From Nemertoderma westbladi (Eukaryota > Animalia > Xenacoelomorpha): a DNA stretch of 32,508 nucleotides. The notes under the pieces were generated by a model. The model was not told the DNA's origin. It made no database searches and worked only from the letters and a program-made list of their open reading frames with translations. Location of the stretch: assembly GCA_032718475.1 (NCBI GenBank), contig JAUCBJ010009038.1:1-32508 (forward strand). Direction: 5' to 3'. The translations under genes and the position numbers were made by a program. This document shows, one piece after another, positions 20,701-30,074 of this stretch. Each line of letters begins with the position of its first letter. The first letter of the stretch is position 1.

Positions 20701-23700
20701 CCACCTGTGGACTCCAGTCGGACACCTACCTGTGGACTCCAGTCGGACACCCACCTGTGGACTCCAGTCGGACACCCACCTGTGGACTCCAGTCGGACAA
20801 CCACCTGTGGACTCCAGTCTCTATACATTAACCAACCCTGTTTGCTGGTGACCCGACCCACCTGTGGACTCCAGTTAGACACCCACCTGTGGACTCCAGT
20901 CGGACACCCACCTGTGGACTCCAGTCGGACACCTACCTGTGGACTCCAGTCGGACACCCACCTGTGGACTCCAGTCGGACACCCACCTGTGGACTCCAGT
21001 CGGACACCCACCTGTGGACTCCAGTCGGACACCCACCTGTGGACTCCAGTCGGACACCCACCTGTGGACTCCAGTCGGACACCCACCTGTGGACTCCAGT
21101 CGGACACCCACCTGTGGACTCCAGTCGGACACCCACCTGTGGACTCCAGTCGGACACCCACCTGTGGACTCCAGTCTCTATACATTAACCAACCCAATTT
21201 GCTGGTGACCCGACCCACCTGCGGACTCCAGTCGGACACCGACCTGTGGACTCCAGTCGGACACCCACCTGTGGACTCCAGTCGGACTCCCACCAGTGGA
21301 CTCCAGTCGGACACCCACCTGTGGACTCCAGTCGGACACCCACCTGTGGACTCCAGTCGGACACCCACCTGTGGACTCCAGTCGGACACCCACCTGTGGA
21401 CTCCAGTCGGACACCCACCTGTGGACTCCAGTCGGACACCCACCTGTGGACTCCAGTCGGACTCCCACCTGTGGACTCCAGTCGGACACCCACCTGTGGA
21501 CTCCAGTCGGACACCCACCTGTGGACTCCAGTCGGACACCCACCTGTGGACTCCAGTCGGACACCCACCTGTGGACTCCAGTCGGACTCCCACCTGTGGA
21601 TTCCAGTCGGACACCCACCTGTGGACTCCAGTCGGACACCCACCTGTAGACTCCAGTCGGACAACCACCTGTGGACTCCAGTCATTCCACATTAACCAAA
21701 CCCAGTTTGCTGGTGACCCGACCCACCTGTGGACTCCAGTCATTCCACATTAACCAACTCAGTTTGTTGGTTATGTCTCGGTTTAAACGGCCGCCTACGG
21801 TTGGAAGAACCGAACAAGCTGTCTCCCTCTCCGTCCAGCTGGAGCTGTTGAGCCGTTCAGACAACATCAAATGAACCAGACCTATATAAACAAATAAAAT
21901 GCAGGGGGATATTGTGGTGTTATAGTGAGAGAATAACTGGACGATAATTGGGAATCACTGGTTCAAATCCCATGGATGGCGAATTTAAATTTTTTCGCTA
22001 TAATATTTGCTATTAAATCATTCACTTAAATGTTCAATGAAATTCCAGTTTGAATACAATCATTATTATTATTGGTGTTACTTATTTAAGTCCAATTTCA
22101 TTCATTATGGGAGATATCAACTACCAGTACTACAGGAAATGGGACCTTCGCGCAGCATGTTGTTAAATGTCAACTCAAAATAATTATAATCAAAATATAA
22201 GCAGATGTCCCCCAGTCACTTTACCACCTAGAGGCAGACTGGGTTAACTGCAGTCGATTTAAGACATAAAACATTTCAGTCTGAGATCCAGAATATATGT
22301 GCCAGGTATCATTCACGGAGAAAGGGGTAGAAACAATAATACGAAATGGCTGAAGGTTTTCATATAAGATATTTCTAAAATGTTTCTAATTTCAGAACAC
22401 TTGCGGTAGACTAGAGAACTGCCGACGTATTACTGTCCTAACAAAGATGCAGCCTGTTAATGGTCTACTGTCTAACTTGTATATCTGCTAAGATTCAGCT
22501 TAAATGGATAACTAATAACGAAATGAGAGAAGGTTTTCACTTTTGGACATTTCGACAGCGGCCTATGTAAGTACCACTTTCATACATTTCGTTCGCCTCC
22601 AGCGGTAGACTGAAGAACTTCAGAACGATTGCCAACCGCACAAAGACACAGGATGTGGTCTAGCATATATCTGAGAAATTTCAGCTTGAACGGATCACAA
22701 ATTATGGAATGGGTCAAGTATTTCACTTTCACACTTTTCGCTCTCTAGCGGCAGACAAGAGAACTGCTGTCTAATTAGTCTCCTTTGAATGACACCTTTA
22801 ATGGTCTAGTACAAATCTGTAAATCTGCCACGGATAAAAGACAAAGAAATTGGAGGACATTTAATGTTTAGACATGTAGTCCTCTACACTGTGATGGTCT
22901 CTGAAAGTCTCTAAAAATTCTAAACTTTTGGTCTTATTGAGGCATGCAAATTTTGAACGCGACAGCCTTAAATACGACAAAATTATTAGCATGTCAAAGT
23001 GGCAACGCAGACAACTATTTTGCCATCAATGACCCCCCCCCCCCCCCCCCCCCGCCCCCCTAACAGTTTCGGTTTGCTAAGGCTCCGGCAACATCGTGGC
23101 TCGCCCCACACCACAACTACAGTATTTTAAACGCCGCGACATCAGATGTACTGTAATTAGGTACCTGAATTCTTTCCTTGTGTTGATTGGCTGCCGACTT
23201 GAAGCATTTCGATAGCCCGAGCTTTCTTCTCACTGTTATCCGTATCAAGACTCTCAGTAAACGGACCAATCACAGTGCTGTTACAGATGCCACCAATAGT
23301 TAGGCATTGGGCAGCAGTCCAACTGTCCGATTGGTTACCATGAATTACACTGTCCAGTAGTATATCTTTAGCTAATTCCGTCGGCCTTTCTAATGTCAGC
23401 AATACCACGGACGCGGCGAATTTAACTAACAAATGGAAAGAAAACATTTTAATTGTGTGAAAATATACATACAGTGGTAGAAGGGAAAAAGTTACATGGC
23501 GCGTAAATCTAACCAAAACAATAAACGATAGTCAAAAACACAATTTACGGTAATCGGTGAACGTGAAACACGAAACACCAGAAGCAACCCGGAGGCTCTT
23601 CTCTCTTGGCTGTTGCCTGTAACCCAGGGAGGCGGCACATTAATTAATAACCAAAATGATTAATATTATGAGATAAGAAAAACAAATGAGTATTGTTGAA

Positions 23701-26700
23701 TAATGAATACAATAATTTAAAATACAGACAAATACTTAACCGGTGTACATAAGTTAATCCTTGGCTGAGGATTGGCTATATTATAATATTTGATAAACTA
23801 ATAACAACCATTTATTTACTCTGTAATTTAAATTTTAGTTAACTGTGTTAATCAGCGGTATAAGGATCCTATAACAAAAAATATATAAATAAAAATTAAT
23901 TAATGTTGACGATAAATAAATTATGACTTTTATATTAATTATTAGATGCTCAGTATAATTTGTTATTTAAAAACTAAAACTACCTCGAGGCTCTGCATCA
24001 TCCATTGCCATGACAACCAAATCGTATAGGCAGTCAGGGATCGTGGCAACCAATGATTCGTCACCATAGTCATCTTCGAGATCCTGGAGACCCTTAACGT
24101 GCGATTGTCGCATTCTCTGCGCTGCTGCCCGCGCGCATACGGCCAAGGCGCTGGTACGCACTACGTCATTGACGTTGCCTAGGAGATCGCAAACGGTGTC
24201 CACAGTGGCGTTGAACCAGTAAGAGCCCAGACCCCAGGCGTCTAGCCATTCCAGAATAACAATTAACCTGCAACAGATATACATACAACATAATGTCCTT
24301 AATGCTCAATACAATCCTGGACCCGGGACTGGACCCGCCCGGGTCCAGTCCCGGGACCCTCAATACAATACGCTACTGATTCGGTACCAACCCGGGACCC
24401 CCAATACAATACGCTACTGATTCGGTACAACCCGGGACCCCAATACAATACGCTACTGATTCGGTACAACCCGGGACCATCAATACAATACGCTACTGAT
24501 TCGGTATCAACCCGGGACCCTCAATACAATACGCTACTGATTCGGTACCAACCCGGGACCCTCAATACAATACGCTACTGATTCGGTACCAACCCGGGAC
24601 CCTCAATACAATACGCTACTGATTCGGTATCAACCCGGGACCCTCAATACAATACGCTACTGATTCGGTACCAACCCGGGACCCCCAATACAATACGCTA
24701 CTGATTCGGTACCAACCCGGGACCCTCAATACAATACGCTACTGATTCGGTACCAACCCGGGACCCCCAATACAATACGCTACTCTGATTCGGTACCAAC
24801 CCGGGGTCCCGGGGTCCTCAATACAATACGCTACTGATTCGGTACCAACCCGGGACCCCCAATACAATACGCTACTCTGATTCGGTACCAACCCGGGGTC
24901 CCGGGACCCCCAATACAATACGCTACTGATTCGGTACCAACCCGGGACCCCCAATACAATACGCTACTGATTCGGTACCAACCCGGGACCCTCAATACAA
25001 TACGCTACTGATTCGGTACCAACCCGGGACCCCCAATACAATACGCTACTCTGATTCGGTACCAACCCGGGGTCCCGGGGTCCTCAATACAATACGCTAC
25101 TGATTCGGTACCAACCCGGGACCCCCAATACAATACGCTACTCTGATTCGGTACCAACCCGGGGTCCCGGGACCCCCAATACAATACGCTACTGATTCGG
25201 TACCAACCCGGGACCCCCAATACAATACGCTACTGATTCGGTACCAACCCGGGACCCTCAATACAATACGCTACTGATTCGGTACCAACCCGGGACCCCC
25301 AATACAATACGCTACTGATTCGGTACCAACCCGGGACCCTCAATACAATACGCTACTGATTCGGTACCAACCCGGGACCCCCAATACAATACGCTACTGA
25401 TTCGGTACCAACCCGGGACCCTCAATACAATACGCTACTGATTCGGTACCAACCCGGGACCCCCAATACAATACGCTACTCTGATTCGGTACCAACCCGG
25501 GGTCCCGGGGTCCTCAATACAATACGCTACTGATTCGGTACCAACCCGGGACCCCCAATACAATACGCTACTCTGATTCGGTACCAACCCGGGGTCCCGG
25601 GACCCCCAATACAATACGCTACTGATTCGGTACCAACCCGGGACCCCCAATACAATACGCTACTGATTCGGTACCAACCCGGGACCCTCAATACAATACG
25701 CTACTGATTCGGTACCAACCCGGGACCCCCAATACAATACGCTACTGATTCGGTACCAACCCGGGACCCTCAATACAATACGCTACTGATTCGGTACCAA
25801 CCCGGGACCCCCAATACAATACGCTACTGATTCGGTACCAACCCGGGACCCTCAATACAATACGCTACTGATTCGGTACCAACCCGGGACCCCCAATACA
25901 ATACGCTACTGATTCGGTACCAACCCGGGACCATCAATACAATACGCTACTGATTCGGTATCAACCCGGGACCCACAATACAATACGCTACTGTTTCGGT
26001 ACCAACCCGGGGTCCTCAATACAATACGCTACTGATTCGGTACCAACCCGGGACCCTCAATACAATACGCTACTGATTCGGTATCAACCCGGGACCCTCA
26101 ATACAATACGCTACTGATTCGGTACCAACCCGGGACCCTCAATACAATACGCTACTGATTCGGTACCAACCCGGGACCCCCAATACAATACGCTACTCAT
26201 TCGGTACCAACCCGGGACCCTCAATACAATACGCTACTGATTCGGTACCAACCCGGGACCCTCAATACAATACGCTACTGATTCGGTACCAACCCGGGAC
26301 CCCCAATACAATACGCTACTCATTCGGTACCAACCCGGGACCCTCAATACAATACGCTACTGATTCGGTGCCAACCCGGGACCCCCAATACAATACGCTA
26401 CTCTGATTCGGTACCAACCCGGGGTCCCGGTGTCCTCAATACAATACGCTACTGATTCGGTACCAACCCGGGACCCTCAATACAATACGCTACTGATTCG
26501 GTACCAACCCGGGACCCTCAATACAATACGCTACTGATTCGGTACCAACCCGGGACCCCCAATACAATACGCTACTCTGATTCGGTACCAACCCGGGGTC
26601 CCGGGGTCCTCAATACAATACGCTACTGATTCGGTACCAACCCGGGACCCCCAATACAATACGCTACTGATTCGGTACCAACCCGGGACCCTCAATACAA

Positions 26701-28561
26701 TACGCTACTGATTCGGTACCAACCCGGGAGCATCAATACAATACGCTACTGATTCGGTACCAACCCGGGACCCCCAATACAATACGCTACTCTGATTCGG
26801 TACCAACCCGGGGTCCTCGGTCCCCCAATACAATACGCTACTGATTCGGTACCAACCCGGGAGCATCAATACAATACGCTACTGATTCGGTACCAACCCG
26901 GGGTCCTCAATATAATACGCTACTCTGATTCGGTACCAACCCGGGACCCTCGGTCCCTCAATACAATACGCTACTGATTCGGTATCAACCCGGGTCCCTC
27001 GGTCCCTCAATACAATACGCTACTGATTCGGTACCAACCCGGGACCCCCAATACAATACGCTACTGATTCGGTACCAACCCGGGACCATCAATACAATAC
27101 GCTACTGATTCGGTACCAACCCGGGACCATCAATACAATACGCTACTGATTCGGTACCAACCCGGGGTCCCGGGGTCCTCAATACAATACGCTACTGATT
27201 CGGTACCAACCCGGGACCCCCAATACAATACGCTACTGATTCGGTACCAACCCGGGACCATCAATACAATACGCTACTGATTCGGTACCAACCCGGGGTC
27301 CTCAATACAATACGCTACTCTGATTCGGTACCAACCCGGGGTCCCGGGACCCTCAATACAATACGCTACTGATTCGGTACCAACCCGGGACCATCAATAC
27401 AATACGCTACTGATTCGGTACCAACCCGGGACCCTCAATACAATACGCTACGGATTCGGTACCAACCCGGGGTCCCGGGACCCTCAATACAATACGCTAC
27501 TGATTCGGTACCAACCCGGGACCCTCAATACAATACGCTACTGATTCGGTACCAACCCGGGACCCTCAATACAATACGCTACTGATTCGGTACCAACCCG
27601 GGGTCCCGGGACCCTCAATACAATACGCTACTGATTCGGTACCAACCCGGGACCCTCAATACAATACGCTACTGATTCGGTACCAACCCGGGACCCTCAA
27701 TACAATACGCTACTGATTCGGTACCAACCCGGGACCCTCAATACAATACGCTACTGATTCGGTACCAACCCGGGGTCCCGGGACCCTCAGTACAATACGC
27801 TACTGATTCGGTACCAACCCGGGGTCCCGGGACCCTCAATACAATACGCTACTGAACTGATTCGGTATCAACCCGGGACCCTCAATACAATACGCTACTG
27901 ATTCGGTATCAACCCGGGACCCTCAATACAATACGCTACTGATTCGGTATCAACCCGGGACCCTCAATACAATACGCTACTGATTCGGTATCAACCCGGG
28001 ACCCTCAATACAATACGCTACTGATTCGGTATCAACCCGGGACCCTCAATACAATACGCTACTGATTCGGTACCAACCCGGGGTCCTCAATACAATACGC
28101 TACTGATTCGGTACCAACCCGGGACCCTCAATACAATACGCTACTGATTCGGTATCAACCCGGGGTCCTCGGTCCCCCAATACAATACGCTACTGATTCG
28201 GTACCAACCCGGGGTCCCTGGTCCCCGGTCCCCGGTCCCCGGTCCCCGGTCCCCGGTCCCCGGTCCCCGGTCCCCGGTCCCCGGTCCCCGGTCCCCGGTC
28301 CCCGGTCCCCGGTCCCCGGTCCCCCAATACAATACGCTAATGATGCGCTACTGATTCGGTACCAACCTGAGTTCGTCGACTCGCGTGAGTTTCTGCTGTT
28401 GGATGACGTCATCAAGGACAGGTTCGACGGATTCTCCGCAAGGTTCACTCATGTGGTAGTCGTCCCTAGACGGGACCGGTAACTGAATCCACTTACCGCG
28501 GGCTCGGCTCTGGCCGGGTCGCTCTGGGTTAGAAGGAGGGTAAGTCGCTTCAACCTTTATC
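14254..28561 (-). CDS. HEATR4: HEAT repeat-containing protein 4-like; spliced, 5' part not resolved. Exons: 28561-28367, 24267-23984, 23425-23165, 21881-21727, 18291-18172, 17272-17096, 15666-15376, 14799-14254 (~675 aa)
   Basis: All seven introns are GT-AG with matching phases (2,1,1,0,0,0,0) and the join is open. LMWNDWSPQVKATAARALG..GKEVH, RVEAL..IG.L.IMTAKLLP.YL.CF.DD, WKVKA.AI.AL and GVR.E.C match HEATR4 as I recall it. Confidence 0.88.
15114..15339. mobile_element. Intronic MITE-like element with 15-bp perfect inverted repeats
   Basis: CCCCATGTGAAGAAT (15114-15128) pairs with ATTCTTCACATGGGG (15325-15339). An extra copy of the left end lies at 15062-15080. Confidence 0.6.
15376..15666 (-). 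CDS. HEATR4: HEATR4-like exon (VKAHAIKAL...ATMKNE), 291 nt
   Basis: TTTTTTCAG|GTG acceptor and GAG|GTAC donor; phase 0/0. Confidence 0.9.
16230..16400 (-). mobile_element. Possible small relic of a retroelement ORF
   Basis: Stop-free minus frame NEYDLWKRVSELGDDKLIGKAIDWKGTVN resembles a non-LTR ORF2 linker motif. It is not needed for the HEATR4 join. Confidence 0.3.
17096..17272 (-). CDS. HEATR4: HEATR4-like exon (IGHLGIMTAKLLP...DSCWK), 177 nt
   Basis: TATAG|ATT acceptor and AAG|GTTTGT donor; phase 0/0. Confidence 0.9.
17440..17570 (-). mobile_element. tRNA-derived SINE-like fragment
   Basis: Pol III B-box GGTTCGATCCCC (17524-17513) in a T-arm-like context; no complete cloverleaf. Confidence 0.45.
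18172..18291 (-). CDS. HEATR4: HEATR4-like exon (VKATAARALG...EALAK), 120 nt
   Basis: CTGCAG|GTA acceptor and AAG|GTTTGT donor; phase 0/0. Confidence 0.9.
18388..21771 (-). repeat. Composite minisatellite of 25-bp and 57-bp units, derived from the exon 3' end plus 5' splice site
   Basis: Short unit GACTGGAGTCCACAG|GTGGGTGTCC (~75 copies). Long unit ACCAGCAAACTGAGTTGGTTAATGT(GGAAT/ATAGA)GACTGGAGTCCACAG|GTGGGTCGGGTC (~25 copies). Confidence 0.97.
21727..21881 (-). CDS. HEATR4: HEATR4-like exon (GLVHLMLSERLNSSSW...LMWNDWSPQ), 155 nt
   Basis: TATAG|GTC acceptor (phase 1) and CAG|GTGGGT donor (phase 0). Confidence 0.88.
21914..21999 (+). mobile_element. Degenerate tRNA-related/SINE head
   Basis: B-box GGTTCAAATCCC at 21960-21971 with a weak A-box-like sequence ~45 bp upstream. 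Confidence 0.3.
22340..23110. mobile_element. Non-autonomous Helentron-like element with degenerate internal 150-200-bp tandem repeats
   Basis: GCGG(T/C)AGAC..(A)GAGAACT-like motif at ~22403, 22602 and 22748, each followed by TGGTCTA and ATCTG...TCAGCTT-like motifs. Ends in GCTAAGGCTC...CGTGGCTCGCCCCACA (23076-23110). Confidence 0.55.
23165..23425 (-). CDS. HEATR4: HEATR4-like exon (VKFAASVVLL...QGKNS), 261 nt
   Basis: TGTTAG|TT acceptor and CAG|GTACCT donor; phase 1/1. Confidence 0.85.
23984..24267 (-). CDS. HEATR4: HEATR4-like exon (RLIVILEWLDAW...DAEPR), 284 nt
   Basis: TTGCAG|G acceptor (phase 2) and GAG|GTAGTT donor (phase 1). Confidence 0.85.
24306..28367 (-). repeat. 41-bp minisatellite (with 50-52-bp variants, ~90 copies) starting at the 5' splice site
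   Basis: Unit G|GTTGGTACCGAATCAGTAGCGTATTGTATTG(A/G)GGGTCCCG. Higher-order blocks repeat at 24739, 25005 and 25435. Confidence 0.97.
28220..28324 (-). repeat. (GGGGACC)15 microsatellite
   Basis: 15 perfect 7-mers read directly from the sequence. Confidence 0.95.
28367..28561 (-). CDS. HEATR4: HEATR4-like exon (IKVEATYPP...GKWIQLP...RVDELR), 195 nt
   Basis: TTTTAG|G acceptor and CAG|GTTGGT donor; phase 2/2, in frame with the next exon. Confidence 0.8.
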
Positions 28562-28877
28562 CTAAAATCAAATAACAATATGGAAAGTAACATAATAAGT
28601 AAATCACAATTTAATTTAATTACAATTAATTAAAACAGAGAGAAAATTAATTGAAAATTATAGGCCTATTTCAGTTGATAAAAAATGTAAACTTGTTACT
28701 ACACTACATTTGTATAACTTATAACTTAACGCTTATTAAAACGACATTTTTCTTGATCTAACAAATACAAAATAACAAATAGTTTAGCCGTAATTATTTA
28801 GAGAAAGACCTCCAATGATTAAACCACCAATGAATGTATACATACATCCCCCCCCCCCCCCCTATATGTATACTGTA

Positions 28878-29300
28878 TGTGGGGCGAGCCACGAAGTGAG
28901 TGAGCCTTAGCGTAGTGGTACCATTAATCAACCTGTCGTTCTGTCGTTCTGTCGTGTTCAATTTTAAACGTTAATAACTCGGCCAATCTTTGATGAAATC
29001 TATCCAAACTTGGTACACATGTTGTTTGGCAAAAGTTTAGAAATTTTCCAAGTAGAATTTCCGTGTGGCCTTCGAGAAGCTAAGATAATAGCAGTTAATT
29101 AGTTAATTAAGTTGATTGCGGTGAAAACGCCATTTTCAACCTGCCTTTTAAAGGAAATTAATTGTTTTACAGTATAAGATTTAAATAATTATACTTAAAA
29201 ATTATACAGATATAATCCCCATACGCCATTCTATTATAGTTTTTAATTAGTTTAAGTGATTTGCTTTAATAAATGTGTCTTTAATTGATCTAAACGTAAT
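28878..29300 (+). mobile_element. Non-autonomous Helentron-like (DINE-1/HINE-style) element, 5' part
   Basis: TGTGGGGCGAGCCACGAAGTGAGTGAGCC terminus, then a (CTGTCGTT)~3 microsatellite, then ATAACTC..CCAATCTTTGATGAAA..CCAAACTTGGTACACATGTTG, a layout typical of such elements. The right boundary is uncertain. Confidence 0.6.
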
Positions 29301-29991
29301 TAAACCGCACAATTATTGAGTACAAATTTAATCCTTCCCATTATTAGTCAAGTCTCTGCTGGTGTGGAGCTAGCTGCTGGGAGTTGTGGCTGTAGACTAA
29401 CCTGAGAGGAATTGTAATAGAGGCAATGTTCGCGCTTTCAGACCTTTGGCAGTTTAACCCACCAAATTAGAATGTCTTCTAGATAATAAATCGCTTTTTA
29501 GTCTATGACAAGTATTTGATTCACTACACTAGTCGAAACCAATCCGTGCGCGACCATTCACCCGCTGGATATTCCCGGGAGATTGGGTTCGACGGTTTAA
29601 TTTTTATTGCTATGTAAGCCTAATGTATTATTCGACTGACAGTATTATATAATCTCTGACAATATTATTCACCTTCGGTAATATTAACAGTTCCTTTAGG
29701 ACGTGGCGCTTTATCTATATAAACAGAGTTATGACTTAAACTACTCACAACGATATGGCTTAATTATAATTCACATATATGGCGCATTCTTTAGGAATTG
29801 CTTCTTTAACAGACTCACTCATACACTATGCTGCACAATACTGCACACTAATCTGCCAATCTTCACTGATTTTAGTCACATATAAAAGGAACACAGGCTG
29901 ACTCATGTAGGGTCTATCAAATAACATTAGATTCACTTCAAACCACTTTAACATAAGTCACAATCGTTTATCTGTAACCCTTCTCTCTTAC

Positions 29992-30074
29992 CTTCGGTAT
30001 ATCAAGAACATTGGGTTTCGGGGTTGTTTATCGTTATTCCAAATATAATAATTCATCAACCATATTATGAAGAA
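29992..30074 (-). CDS. Candidate further upstream exon of the HEATR4-like gene (..MNLYIWNNDKQPRNPMFLIYR|R)
   Basis: Strong donor AAG|GTAAGA at 29992/29991, and the phase-2 frame needed to join exon 28561 is open. Possible acceptor CAG at 30077-30075 and ATG at 30056. No recognised homology. Confidence 0.35.

Noticed and set aside
18432-21753. Numerous overlapping repetitive ORFs on both strands
   Set aside because: By-products of stop-poor 25/57-bp units; only 21881-21727 belongs to a spliced gene.
18388-21771. CRISPR array (25-bp partly palindromic repeat with ~32-bp interruptions)
   Set aside because: The interrupting segments are near-identical to each other and to the adjacent exon, many repeats are directly adjacent, there are no cas genes, and the context is a eukaryotic intron.
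24739-28332. Repetitive ORFs (MGVPGWYRISS..., GTGDRGP repeats; superficially collagen-like)
   Set aside because: Translations of the 41-bp and 7-bp repeats inside an intron.
29533-29592. 12-bp imperfect inverted repeat TCGAAACCAATC/GATTGGGTTCGA
   Set aside because: Too short and isolated to distinguish from chance.
29670-30000. Identical 10-mer ACCTTCGGTA (donor-like on minus strand) at ~29671 and ~29990 as a third donor duplication
   Set aside because: Only two copies with no extended similarity; could be chance.
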